A DNA stretch of 64,000 nucleotides, taken from NCBI GenBank assembly GCA_046582655.1, contig JAYGDX010000413.1, positions 1-64,000 of the forward strand, in the 5' to 3' direction. The DNA is from Candidatus Poribacteria bacterium. Lineage in GTDB: Bacteria; Poribacteria; WGA-4E; UBA9662. Numbering within the stretch: the stretch's first letter is position 1; each line of letters opens with the position of its first letter. Shown here one piece after another: positions 32,059 through 42,744 of this stretch. The position numbers and the translations under genes are program-made. Under the pieces are notes generated by a model that saw only the letters and a program-made list of their open reading frames with translations, did no database searches and was not told where the DNA came from.

Positions 32059-32922
32059 TTAGGCATCAATGCTTTCCGAATAGGATAACCCCTGAGGGAA
32101 ACCATAGGGAAGATCGTTGCGATTAGCTGGCAAAGGCCAACTTTGTCCACCCAAATTCTGGAACGATTCGTGTCGACCACAGAGCCATAAAAACATTTCT
32201 GCCACTTTGACAGCATCGCGAAACTGCTCGACATAACTTCCTGCAGGTCCAGTATATGATGCGGTAGCAAAATCAAATTCCGGCTCAATGACCCAATCTC
32301 GTTGAGGTAATGTTGTGCGCCAATAAAAATACTTGAGGAGGTTGCGAATGCCTGCTTGGGTTGAAGTGCCACGACGGTGCCAAATGTGGTAGATGGTCAG
32401 GAAAATGGAACCAGCAGGCGCTGCCGTCGAAATCGCATTTCGGATATTTCCCAAATGTGCCATAAATTTAGCCTTGTTCTGTATCAGATGCGAACCAGGT
32501 AATATCTGTGTAGGCCCCAGTTCTATCGACGTATCCTGAGGATAATAAAATACCTGCAGGAAGTTAAGCTCAGGTGTATAACGATAATTACCATCAACGT
32601 GCCAGCCACCGATACTTTGAATTGGACAAGTTACACGATGATTGCTCATCAAGATAGGCAAATGAAAATCCACTCCTAGCAGAGATCTTACTGCTCCCGC
32701 AACGATTGGGTTGGCAATTACATTTTCAACAAACCAGTCCTGTTTTAAAATCCCGCTCGGTTCTATACTGGTATATTGGTCACAATACTCCATTGTCCTA
32801 TTATTGATCTCATCAGGTACTATCCCCTCGAACATCCAATAGCCGTTTTTGCAAAATTCCAGTACCTGAGTATCAGTCATAGTCGGTTGAAAATCATATG
32901 CTTTTTGCTCAAAAGGTTCCAC
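32059..32922 (-). CDS. Phytanoyl-CoA dioxygenase (PhyH) family 2OG-Fe(II) oxygenase
   Basis: FCKNGY, WHVDG, GPTQILPGSH, AGS...WHRRG (HxD...H triad). Confidence 0.9.
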   Translation of the reverse strand: MEPFEQKAYDFQPTMTDTQVLEFCKNGYWMFEGIVPDEINNRTMEYCDQYTSIEPSGILKQDWFVENVIANPIVAGAVRSLLGVDFHLPILMSNHRVTCPIQSIGGWHVDGNYRYTPELNFLQVFYYPQDTSIELGPTQILPGSHLIQNKAKFMAHLGNIRNAISTAAPAGSIFLTIYHIWHRRGTSTQAGIRNLLKYFYWRTTLPQRDWVIEPEFDFATASYTGPAGSYVEQFRDAVKVAEMFLWLCGRHESFQNLGGQSWPLPANRNDLPYGFPQGLSYSESIDA

Positions 32923-32925
32923 AAT

Positions 32926-33297
32926 TTATCTCCAACGTTCCAAAATGAATTCAAAACCCAAACCGTGAAATTCCCTGTCGTCTACAGTCAACAACGCCAT
33001 ATTAGGAAAGGAAATAATTCGCCAGCCATCCCCGACAGCATCCAATACCGTTTGATAAGGCCAATCCTCCGAATTAGCCGGTCCCTCCTTTAGCACGCCA
33101 TCCTCAATTAACATCATGCCAATCACCCGTGAACCGGGTGAAGTATTATGGGCTTGTAGATAAAGAACATCCTGCTTTTTCGCTTTACTTCGAGCTGTTA
33201 AATCTTCGATCCCCTGACGCAACTGATCCTCTGTCAGCATACCTTGCTGTAGTTCGGTTACCAGCGCTGTTATGATTTCTTCATCTACTTTGGTCAC
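32926..33297 (-). CDS. Small hypothetical protein directly upstream of PhyH
   Basis: GTG start with GGAG RBS; motifs QDVLYL, WPYQTVLDAVGDGWRIISFP, FEFILER; 3 bp gap to the PhyH start. Confidence 0.75.
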   Translation of the reverse strand: MTKVDEEIITALVTELQQGMLTEDQLRQGIEDLTARSKAKKQDVLYLQAHNTSPGSRVIGMMLIEDGVLKEGPANSEDWPYQTVLDAVGDGWRIISFPNMALLTVDDREFHGLGFEFILERWR

Positions 33298-33374
33298 TCC
33301 CTCTCCCTCCACATTGCATCTCCCTCTAATACGCATTTCAGAAATTTAGATGAGTTGACAAACCGAAAGGAAAC

Positions 33375-34168
33375 CTAATATCCTTCAAGCATCTGTTTCA
33401 GAGCCAGAATATCAGGCACAATATCCCAGCCACGATGATCAATATACTCAATAGCAACTGTCCCTGTATAGTTGTTTCGTTTAAGAGCGGAAATGATCCA
33501 TTCAAAATCCAAGATCCCTTCTCCCATCGGAACTTGAAAATTCCCTGCAACCGCGTCACGAAGATGCACATGCGCCGTGTGGGGTAATAAACTCTCGCTC
33601 TCAAGAAGGTCATATTCTCCCATAACAAAGTGACTGGGATCATAAGCGATTTGAAGTTTGGGGACACTTTCGATAAAAAAGAGCGCATCTTCGTATCGTT
33701 CCGCTAGCGAATTAATGTGGGCTTCTATAGCTCAATATCGTACCTATCAGCAATGGATGTAATTTCAGACAAGGTTTCAATAGAGGCAGAAATCTCCTTT
33801 CCAAACGCCTCGATCGAGGAAAGGGAACCAGGTTGAAAAACAACGACCGGGATTGAGAGGGCACTAGCGAAACGAATTAACCCTTCCGCCTGTCTAAGAT
33901 TACTCTCAATATCTGCGCAAGACGTCGAATTCATTGCTTGACTGACGTTCCCATTGATTGCGGTTGCCGTTAAATTGTTCTGCTCTAGTAAACGCTGAAC
34001 ATAATCGGCATGCTCCTCTGGGTTTCCCACAACCTGAGATGGATTGATATGGGCCCAATTTCCCATCATAAGCAGATCCACATACCGAAATCCTAAATCA
34101 GCGATATCTTGCAATGCATTCGGCAACGGTTTACGGGTAAAGCCAATCGTTGAACACGCAACTTCCAT
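33375..34168 (-). pseudogene. Sugar phosphate isomerase/epimerase (AP endonuclease 2 TIM barrel), frameshifted
   Basis: N-part ACSTIGF...LGFRYVDL ends at TAG 33725. A second frame continues IEAHINS...YDPSHF...HVHLRDA...GEGILDF...YTGTVAIEY. Confidence 0.85.
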
Positions 34169-34524
34169 GAATGTTACCTCCGGTTCAGAATCCTTCAAAA
34201 ACCGAACTGAGTCAAAATTTCAGCACAAACATCTAATTCCAAGTACCGACAATTCAAGTATATCTGAGAAACAAGCTCTAATAAACACTGAAGCAATCCG
34301 ACATCAATTCTATATATCACTAAGTGTCTGCCACTCGATCTAACACATAAACCACATTTTGATACAACTGGCATTTTTTGTCAATCGCGGTAACTGGACT
34401 GACAATTATTAAAGAAAAACAACCATTAAATGATCTGATGAAACCTATTAATGTTCAGCAAAAACAGATTGGGAAATTAAGCGATCGAACCAATAAACTG
34501 AAATAGAAAACAACACCATTCAGG

Positions 34525-34830
34525 ATGAATTGTCAAGCACAATTATCAATCAGACCAAGAAACGTTCCCAAATGGTATTTGGATGAGTATAATGAGGAAT
34601 TCTACATTACGGATCTTAATAAGAATTCGTTTTCAGGCAGGCAAGTAAAGAGGATAATCTTCAACTTTGAAGAAATTCAGGTTTCCGAGTCATTCGTAGC
34701 AGCTCCTGGTCTAGCTCATAAAGATAATCTGAAAGTGTCAAACCGAAACTTGCACCCTCCAATAAACGAGGATCGCCTTTTCATCTTTAAGTATGTCAAA
34801 ACACTAGACCAAATCGATTGGAATGGCTAA
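34525..34830 (+). CDS. Short hypothetical ORF or gene remnant
   Basis: 101 aa ORF in an AT-rich gap; no motif recognised. Confidence 0.25.
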   Translation: MNCQAQLSIRPRNVPKWYLDEYNEEFYITDLNKNSFSGRQVKRIIFNFEEIQVSESFVAAPGLAHKDNLKVSNRNLHPPINEDRLFIFKYVKTLDQIDWNG

Positions 34831-34836
34831 CTCTAG

Positions 34837-35595
34837 TTACAGACTACGTAAATCAAGGTACCGTTCTTGATTAATCCCACGAAGATCCATTTCATATTCG
34901 ATATCAATCACAGGAGGCCGAGATTGGTACCAGTGCAACCCATGCAATTGATTAACACAGGGCAACACAAGATCCTCTGCCAGATGGCTAATGCTATGAT
35001 TGGTGTAGATATTAATCCGGTTGACTATTTCCCATCTGCCACCTAGTTTTGTTAGACGATCCCCCATTACCCGTACCACATAGATTACTTTTTCGCGCAT
35101 CGCTTCCATACTTGTTTCATTCCGACGTACAATTCCTTCGGGTTTCAGAATACCATCTATTAATTCCCCCGCTCCAGCAACGACAAAAGTTGGTTGGTCT
35201 AACTGATTCACTGGCTGAAGATATGAAAATGCGTATAGCATTGATTCTCGCGGTGGATCTATCACTGGTGCAACATTTGTACGCGCAATCGGATTGAAAC
35301 CATCAATGTAGAGGTCCCACTCCTGAAGGACGCTACAATATTCCTGATTAAAGGCAACGAATTCGTCCATAGTGAATGGTTCTGGACAACGAAGTTGCAT
35401 CGCACATAGCGCGTTTCGATTGTGTCCGATCAGTTTGAGATAGGCTTCGATTTGCGAAAAACCTTTATGCCACGGAATCAGGTGAGTCAAGGTAACATGA
35501 ACAATCTCATAACCTAGTTCCGCCACAACACCACAAGAATAGGGATCAATCCCTTTTAGAAAGTAGTAGTGTCCATTCGGATTGTAGATTAGCAT
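34837..35595 (-). CDS. CnbZ-like protein (2-amino-5-chloromuconate deaminase family)
   Basis: YSCGVVAE.GYEI, LCAMQLRCPEPFT, NPIARTNVAP, YAFSY, FVVAGAGE, SRPPVIDIEYEMDLRG. Confidence 0.78.
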   Translation of the reverse strand: MLIYNPNGHYYFLKGIDPYSCGVVAELGYEIVHVTLTHLIPWHKGFSQIEAYLKLIGHNRNALCAMQLRCPEPFTMDEFVAFNQEYCSVLQEWDLYIDGFNPIARTNVAPVIDPPRESMLYAFSYLQPVNQLDQPTFVVAGAGELIDGILKPEGIVRRNETSMEAMREKVIYVVRVMGDRLTKLGGRWEIVNRINIYTNHSISHLAEDLVLPCVNQLHGLHWYQSRPPVIDIEYEMDLRGINQERYLDLRSL

Positions 35596-35887
35596 TCGTT
35601 CTTTACTTCAGGAGAAAATAAAGCTAGAAATGATTCTAGTCTCCAAACTTTTCTGTTTCAGATGGCACGCAATGGTTAGAACCCATCCCAAGTATAGTCG
35701 GTATTCCCGACTGCTCCAACGGGACGAGCAGATTCAATCATTAATTTTATAAGCATACCCCCCTCCAACGATTGATCTCGCACAGAGTCTAGCAAGTAAT
35801 AAACAGGGAAAGGGAACTCAATTAAACAAATTGAATGCAACTTACAGAAACATCGGTTGAAAAACTGGTCGTATTAGAGAAACCCAA

Positions 35888-38800
35888 TCAAAGTGTATTA
35901 ATTCGACTGTAACCATACCCATCGCCAGCAATTTGGAAAAGCGCGTCAGCTGCCGTAAAATGGACATCACTATCTGGATCTTCCAGGGCTTTTTCAAGTA
36001 CGATAACAGCTTTTTCAGATTTAGTATCAGCCAGAATACGAATGATATTCAGTCTTAAAGCTTTTTTCTTATTGGCTGTTTGCAATTTATCAAGTTCACC
36101 AATCAAACTTGATACGACTTGATCGTTCCCGATCTTGCCCAGTGCGGTGGCCGCATCTTGTCGAAGTTCTATGGCATTTGTCTCATCATTCAAAATGTCA
36201 ATCAAATCTTGAAAAGTGGAAGAGTCAGCAAGCGCGCCAACACCTTGTATTGCCGCACGCCGGTCGTCCAGAACTCCACTTTTATCTTTCATCAATTCAA
36301 CCAGTTTATCTTTAAACTGGATTTGACCTGATTCACCAATCGCTCTTACAACGGCTTGATGTCTGACCGAGTTATCATTTTCAAGTAGCATTGGTCGAGA
36401 CTCGAGGTAGGACATAAGATAATCGGTTGCTGTTTTCGATTTCGACCGGCTTAAAGCAACTATAGCAGCGTTTTGGACAGGATAATCTTCCCATGGATCT
36501 TCAATGCGGTCTATCATTTTTTGGTCTATCAAATTCGGTAATTCAAAGGATTTTGCAGATAAAACTAGTGATTCCCATGTATAATTTCGTTTGAGCCCAT
36601 CTACATCTAGATCAATCTTGTACTCAAATTGATCTATCAGACGCTTGGCTAACGCTTCTGCCGCACGGTCATCGCCAATGGAAGCGAGCGCCGTTGCCGC
36701 AAATTTCCGGGCACCCGAATCTGCATCCAGATCCTCAACAATTCCAATTAGTTCTGGAATAGCTTCTATTGTCTTTAAACTACCAAGCGCTTTAATGGCG
36801 CCTTTGAATATATCTCCCGATTCAGACCTGAAAATCTTGGAAATTACGGGTTCCGCGCGTTTATCACCAATTGAACCAAGCGCATTAACACAAGCCTCAC
36901 GAACCAACTGGTCTGTCAACAGATTATCAAGCAAAGCCAGAATCAGCGAGACAGCATTTGCTGCCTTTATCGATCCAAGAGCGTTTACAGCATGTAATTG
37001 GATTTCGGCTATGCCAGTATCAAGAACTTTGATTAAATGATCAACAGCCCTTTCATCTCGTAATTTCCCCAGTGAAGCGGCTGCTCGTGCCCGAATCGAT
37101 TTTGATTCAGAGGAATCGTTAAGTATTTCAATCAGCTGTTCAACAGTTTGGCGGCTTTTGTAATTACCAAGTGTAGCGACAGCTTTTTTTCGCACAATAT
37201 AGCTTTCATTTTCTAATTCTTTGACAATGGAATCAACAGCTTTCTTGCTGTGGATAGCACCGAGTGCATCAACAACTGCCCAACGAACCCACTCATCATC
37301 GCTATCAGATTTCAGGAATTCCAATAAGATATCAGAAGTTGCAGCAGTACCACCTATTCTCAGCGATGTCCTTACCTGATCCAAAACTGAACGACTCTCC
37401 TTCTTCTCTTCAAAGGTCCCAACACCCTTCCTAAGAAGATTGACAAGTCCCCTGTTGCTTTTTTCGGTTTCAATTTCCCGCAATGCAATGGTGGCTTTTC
37501 TTCGAGTCGTTTCATATTTATCTTTCATGAGCGAATCAAGTAAAGGGGCTACCACTTCAACTCCACCGATCTTTCCTAAAGCGGCTGCTGCTTCCTGTCG
37601 AACCACTCCTTGTTTATCCTTTTTCAATGCGATAATAAGTTGCTCTCTAGCTTTTTCACCTTTGATCTCTCCCAATGCCCAGGCAGCATTTTTACGGACA
37701 GTGGCACGTTCATCTTTTTCTAGCGCTTCAACAAGGGAATTAACTACTTCTTTATCCCCGCCAAATCTTTTGAGTGCCACTGCGATCTCACTACGAACCA
37801 ATCCTGGAATCGGCTTCAGCTCTCCCCAGTTACCATAAGATGGCACTTGATAATCAGGATGACCATCCCAATCAATATCAAATCCCTTAATATCAGCAGT
37901 AAAATTGGAGAGATTAGATTTGTATTTTCTCTTCACGCGCCCTTGAAATTTCCTGACATTTTCGTAGCGAGTAGACAAAGCCCATATCAGTGGAGGGTTA
38001 GTTGCATCGTCTCCTATTTCACCCAAGACTTTAACAGCTGCTCGGCGCAAGTCAGGACTGGTATCATCACTGAACATAATTCGCAGCATTGGTTGAATAG
38101 CATGCTGAGGTTTCAAAATCATCAAGGCATTAAGCGCTTCACGTCTAACTGTTTCCCTTCTTCCCTTGTCCTGAGCGATCTTAACCAGCTTCTGATCGGC
38201 TTTATCATATCGAACATGCAATTGACCAAGTGCTTTTGATGCATTGATCACAATTGTATCATTATCATCACTCAACGATTTTGTCAAAGCTTTGACCGAT
38301 TGGATTTCTAGAGTGCTACCACGTGCTCTCATGTTACCGATTGCAGATGCTGCAATTGCGCGTATTTCTTTGAGTGGATCCGTTTCCAGAGCGTTAACAA
38401 GTACTTCAACTGCTCTCAGGTCGCCAATATTGCTTAGAATCTGAACAGACCGAATTCGGACTTGATTGCTCTTACCCATATCTCCCATAGTATTTATTAA
38501 TGAATTGATGAGATTTCCTTCTGAGTTTTTTTTGCCAGATGCTAAACGTGGGAGTGTTAGCGTTCCCATCGCGGTGAGAGCACTAACTGCACTCCCATTC
38601 AGGTCATCATCATCAAGCAAATCAATCAGTTGTGGAATTGCCTGACGGGCATCAAGGATACCGAGAGCCTCTATTGCTGTTCTTTGAACATCCAATCTTC
38701 GTGACGTTCGCCGATCTTCATCAATATAGGCAGTAGCGATAAATTGGGATGCTGACATAAAACCAGAATTTCTATCCGGAACAATATTCACAGCTTTCTT

Positions 38801-39721
38801 ATCCAGAACCTCAATAAGCCGTTCAATTGAAGGAACACCGATATGAATCAAGGCAGATTGAGCCTGTCCCCTGACGTAGGTATTTGAATCAGCGAATAAC
38901 CTCAGCAAATCATCGATGGCATCAATCGCCTTCAGCTGGCCAATTAATCGGGCAGCATACATCCGAACTTGGGCAGAATTTGTTTGAGTAGCCGTTTTAA
39001 GAATCGGTAGAATTCCGGGAAAAAGCATCTGTTCAAGCGCAACAACTACCTCGTAAAGCACTTCTGGTGATTCATTTTTATTCTTCAGTATCTGGTGGAA
39101 AATTGTGATGAACTTCAAATCCTTCATGTCCCCGAGATGTTTTGCTGCTGACTTACGAATATCACTGGATGGATGTTTTATTGCTATTTGGGTGAGATAA
39201 TCTGAGGCGGTATCTCCCATTTCCCCAACGAGATCTTTAGCCAATTCACGCGCTATTGCACTATAACACTTTTCTCCTTCAAGCAATACAACCACAAGAT
39301 CTTTAGTTGGTTCCAGCGATTTCCCATTAAGAACCTGAACAAGAGAGCCTGTGACAGCATTCCGAGAGCGGATGCGTACTTCGAGTAGATCTAAGTCATC
39401 AGAGTCTGGATCCTCTTTTGTCTCGAGAGTCTGGATTTCTTGGTTAATCAGCTGGAGTTCCTCAACGATCTTCGAAACGGCTTCTTCGAGTTTAACGGTT
39501 CCGGTTTCTATCTTTAAAATAATATCTAACAGTTTGGCTTCATATAAATTTGGATTAGTCTTAAGCACAGCATCAATGGAAACTCGCGCGTTTTGATACT
39601 TCTTATTACCCAAGGCAAGCCTAGCCTGCAGGATATTCTTGTTCTCTCTCTCTCCACAACCTGCAAACAATCCTGCCATTAGAATGGCAAAAGTAATTAA
39701 TAAAATAAGTTTAATTCGCAT
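35888..39721 (-). CDS. Very large HEAT/PBS-lyase repeat lipoprotein
   Basis: Lipobox LFAGC; more than 20 repeats of the type VR..AA.ALG.IG...AV..L. ATG 39721 has a GAAGGA RBS. Confidence 0.9.
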   Translation of the reverse strand: MRIKLILLITFAILMAGLFAGCGERENKNILQARLALGNKKYQNARVSIDAVLKTNPNLYEAKLLDIILKIETGTVKLEEAVSKIVEELQLINQEIQTLETKEDPDSDDLDLLEVRIRSRNAVTGSLVQVLNGKSLEPTKDLVVVLLEGEKCYSAIARELAKDLVGEMGDTASDYLTQIAIKHPSSDIRKSAAKHLGDMKDLKFITIFHQILKNKNESPEVLYEVVVALEQMLFPGILPILKTATQTNSAQVRMYAARLIGQLKAIDAIDDLLRLFADSNTYVRGQAQSALIHIGVPSIERLIEVLDKKAVNIVPDRNSGFMSASQFIATAYIDEDRRTSRRLDVQRTAIEALGILDARQAIPQLIDLLDDDDLNGSAVSALTAMGTLTLPRLASGKKNSEGNLINSLINTMGDMGKSNQVRIRSVQILSNIGDLRAVEVLVNALETDPLKEIRAIAASAIGNMRARGSTLEIQSVKALTKSLSDDNDTIVINASKALGQLHVRYDKADQKLVKIAQDKGRRETVRREALNALMILKPQHAIQPMLRIMFSDDTSPDLRRAAVKVLGEIGDDATNPPLIWALSTRYENVRKFQGRVKRKYKSNLSNFTADIKGFDIDWDGHPDYQVPSYGNWGELKPIPGLVRSEIAVALKRFGGDKEVVNSLVEALEKDERATVRKNAAWALGEIKGEKAREQLIIALKKDKQGVVRQEAAAALGKIGGVEVVAPLLDSLMKDKYETTRRKATIALREIETEKSNRGLVNLLRKGVGTFEEKKESRSVLDQVRTSLRIGGTAATSDILLEFLKSDSDDEWVRWAVVDALGAIHSKKAVDSIVKELENESYIVRKKAVATLGNYKSRQTVEQLIEILNDSSESKSIRARAAASLGKLRDERAVDHLIKVLDTGIAEIQLHAVNALGSIKAANAVSLILALLDNLLTDQLVREACVNALGSIGDKRAEPVISKIFRSESGDIFKGAIKALGSLKTIEAIPELIGIVEDLDADSGARKFAATALASIGDDRAAEALAKRLIDQFEYKIDLDVDGLKRNYTWESLVLSAKSFELPNLIDQKMIDRIEDPWEDYPVQNAAIVALSRSKSKTATDYLMSYLESRPMLLENDNSVRHQAVVRAIGESGQIQFKDKLVELMKDKSGVLDDRRAAIQGVGALADSSTFQDLIDILNDETNAIELRQDAATALGKIGNDQVVSSLIGELDKLQTANKKKALRLNIIRILADTKSEKAVIVLEKALEDPDSDVHFTAADALFQIAGDGYGYSRINTL

Positions 39722-39741
39722 TTTCTTTCCTTCTAAAGCCT

Positions 39742-42735
39742 TCAATTTCCAGAAATGACTAATTTCGTCAGATCACCAATCGCGTAGATTCTCTGGCCAA
39801 TTGCATTTAAAAGTGCAAACCGATTTTGGCGTATAGCTAGATCTTCAACCATCACTAAAACTTGGTCAAAAAACTGGTCAATCGCTGGTTGGAGCGCCGA
39901 TAATTTGACTAACAGTTTATCATAATTTTGATTCTTGATCAACTCGTTCAAATCAGCGTCTGCATCAGTAATAAGTGAGCTGAGTTTTTGTTCGGCATCG
40001 TTCTCAAAAAGACTGGGATCGATTTCCGTTGGTGCGGAATCAGGCAAAATACGCAACACACGATTGAGAGCCGGATAGACCTGACTGAAATTGGTAGAGC
40101 TACGGAAATTTGATACCGACTGAATTCTTTTTTCAATATCGCTGACACCAATTTCACCAGTTGCCAAAACCACCTCAATTTCGTCAAGGACATAGCCCTT
40201 TGTCTGCAACAGTACTTTCAGTCTTCCTCTGATAAAATCAAGCACTCCAGCCATGGTATCTTCAGCTAAATCAACCCTGTAAAGCTCAACCGCCTTCTCA
40301 ATAAGTGAAGAAAACGAAATCGACAAATCCAGCTCCCGTAAAACACGCAGAATACCGATCGCCTGTCGCCGAAGTGAATAGGGATCCTGCGATCCGGTGG
40401 GCCTCTCATTGATACCGAAATAACCCACAATTGTATCGATCTTATCTGCAATGGAAAGAATCGATCCCTCAACAGACGTGGGTAGATCAGAATCAGCCGC
40501 GACTGGTCGATAGTGATCCTCAATAGCAGTAGCAACTTGATGCGGCACATCAGAATCTATGGCGTAATACCGTCCCATGATGCCTTGAAGTGTTGGGAAT
40601 TCGGCTACCATTTGCGTTGTTAAATCCGATTTACAAAGGGAAGCAGCTCTAACTGCATAATCTTTGGTAGCATCGTCTACCTTTATTTGCTGGGCAATAA
40701 AAGCAGTGAGACTCTCCAGCCGTTTGATTTTATCGTAGAGCGATCCAAGTTTGACTTGAAAGATCACTGACTGTAATTTCTTATTCCGGTCAGCTAATGT
40801 CATTCTTCGGTCTTCCTGATAAAAGAAGGTGGCGTCAGCAAGTCTGGCACGCAAGACCCGTTCGTTCCCATGGCGAACAGTATCGATATTACCATTCGTA
40901 CCATTTGAGATGCTGATGAACTTGGCAACCAGTTGCTTACCAGATTTAATCATAGGAAAATAACGCTGGTGTTTCTTCATCGAAGTAATTAGGACCTCTA
41001 CCGGCAAATCCAAGTGAGATTCACTAAAACTACCGACAATTGCTTGCGGGTTCTCAACCAGAAAATTGACCTGATCCAGCAAATTCTGATCAATAATGGC
41101 CTCACAATCCTCACCATTCAGAATCTCTATAATCTGCTTTTGGATTTCTATTCGGCGAAGATCATGATTAACAATGACATTAGCAATTTTCAACTTGTCA
41201 ATATAGTTATCAACCGAGGCAGAATCAAGCTCTATTGGTTCCGGGCTTAGAGATCGATGCCCATATGTTATTCGACCTGCAGTAAGCGTATCAAGTTGAA
41301 ACCGAATTTCTTGATCTTTCAAGATAGCCACAATCCAGCGAATCGGGCGGGCGAACCGAAGATTATCCCACCGCATAGTTTTAGGAAAATCAAGCGAATT
41401 AATCCAATTCGGTAGTAGTTCTGCCAGAATATCCGAAGAGGAACGTCCTTTCTGCAATTTTGTCGCGGAGACATATTCACCGCGAGGTGTCTCGACAATA
41501 CGAAGGTCATCTATATTAACCCCTTGAGACTTTGCAAAGCCCATTGCGGCTTTAGTCGGGTTACCTCCAGTATCGTAGGCCGCTTTCTTGGGTGGCCCGG
41601 TTACTTCAACTGATTGATCTGGTTGCAGTGTTTCAAGATCGCTAACTGACAGAGCAAGTCTTCTTGGAGTTCCCATTACTCTTAGTTCTCCAAATGACAG
41701 ATTTTGCGTGGTAAGCGTTTCTTTCGCTATACTCTGTAGTTGATTAAGCGCTGGAGGAATATAACTTGCTGGAATCTCTTCCGTACCAATTTCAAAGAGG
41801 AAATCCGCCGTTTCACTGTCAGTAACCAATTGCGAGCGATTTTCCTTGGGTTTTTGCTTTTTTTCTACAGCTAAACCGAGAGGATGACCAAGGTCAATTC
41901 TTTGATCTAAATAGGCTTGTGCGCTGCGCTGGGCCATACGCCGCACTCGTTCAATGTAACCACCACGCTCAGTAACGCTTATCACACCACGGGCATCAAG
42001 CAAATTAAAAGCGTGAGAAGATTTAAGCACATAATCAGCTGCCGGTAAAACCAGTTCGTGATCTAAACAGTCAAAAACTTCTTTCTCATAGATATTGAAT
42101 AAATTAAAAAGCATCTCGGTATTGGCGACTTTAAAGCTGTACTTCGAGAATTCGACCTCACTTTGATGGTGTATATCACCATAGTTCAAATGTTCGTTCC
42201 ACCGAATATCATATACACTATTAACATTCTGCAGATACAAAGCGATACGTTCTAATCCATAAGTCAACTCCGCGCATATCGGATTAAGATCACAACTACC
42301 CATCTGTTGAAAGTAAGTAAACTGGGTGATTTCCGCACCATTCCACCAAACCTCCCACCCCAAACCAGACGCTCCGAGGGTTGGAGACTCCCAATCGTCC
42401 TCCACGAAACGGAAGTCATTCGTACGTGGATCGACACCCAGATTCTTTAAGCTTTCCAGATAGAGAGGCAAAACATCAGCTGGCGGTGGTTTAAGAATCA
42501 CCTGATACTGATAATAAGCACCAAGCCGATATGGATTATCACCGTACCGGCCGTCTGTTGGACGACGTGAAGGTTCAACGTAGGCAACGTTCCATGGCTC
42601 TGGTCCCAGGCAACGCAGGAATGTAGCTGGATTAAAAGTGCCTGCGCCCACCTCTATATCATAAGGCTGTGTAATGGTGCAGCCATAATCTGCCCAGAAC
42701 TTCTGCAAGTTTAAGATGATTTCTTGAAAGGTCAT
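39742..42735 (-). CDS. glyQS: Glycine--tRNA ligase, fused alpha and beta subunits
   Basis: Alpha: [41 protein letters not shown]. Beta: [34 protein letters not shown]. One uninterrupted 997 aa ORF. Confidence 0.97.
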   Translation of the reverse strand: MTFQEIILNLQKFWADYGCTITQPYDIEVGAGTFNPATFLRCLGPEPWNVAYVEPSRRPTDGRYGDNPYRLGAYYQYQVILKPPPADVLPLYLESLKNLGVDPRTNDFRFVEDDWESPTLGASGLGWEVWWNGAEITQFTYFQQMGSCDLNPICAELTYGLERIALYLQNVNSVYDIRWNEHLNYGDIHHQSEVEFSKYSFKVANTEMLFNLFNIYEKEVFDCLDHELVLPAADYVLKSSHAFNLLDARGVISVTERGGYIERVRRMAQRSAQAYLDQRIDLGHPLGLAVEKKQKPKENRSQLVTDSETADFLFEIGTEEIPASYIPPALNQLQSIAKETLTTQNLSFGELRVMGTPRRLALSVSDLETLQPDQSVEVTGPPKKAAYDTGGNPTKAAMGFAKSQGVNIDDLRIVETPRGEYVSATKLQKGRSSSDILAELLPNWINSLDFPKTMRWDNLRFARPIRWIVAILKDQEIRFQLDTLTAGRITYGHRSLSPEPIELDSASVDNYIDKLKIANVIVNHDLRRIEIQKQIIEILNGEDCEAIIDQNLLDQVNFLVENPQAIVGSFSESHLDLPVEVLITSMKKHQRYFPMIKSGKQLVAKFISISNGTNGNIDTVRHGNERVLRARLADATFFYQEDRRMTLADRNKKLQSVIFQVKLGSLYDKIKRLESLTAFIAQQIKVDDATKDYAVRAASLCKSDLTTQMVAEFPTLQGIMGRYYAIDSDVPHQVATAIEDHYRPVAADSDLPTSVEGSILSIADKIDTIVGYFGINERPTGSQDPYSLRRQAIGILRVLRELDLSISFSSLIEKAVELYRVDLAEDTMAGVLDFIRGRLKVLLQTKGYVLDEIEVVLATGEIGVSDIEKRIQSVSNFRSSTNFSQVYPALNRVLRILPDSAPTEIDPSLFENDAEQKLSSLITDADADLNELIKNQNYDKLLVKLSALQPAIDQFFDQVLVMVEDLAIRQNRFALLNAIGQRIYAIGDLTKLVISGN

Positions 42736-42744
42736 AGACTCTCT

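Noticed and set aside
35660..35735. FMN riboswitch
   Set aside because: Only a superficial GGATGGG resemblance. The conserved AGGGC.GGGTGAAATTCCC core is absent and there is no riboflavin gene downstream.
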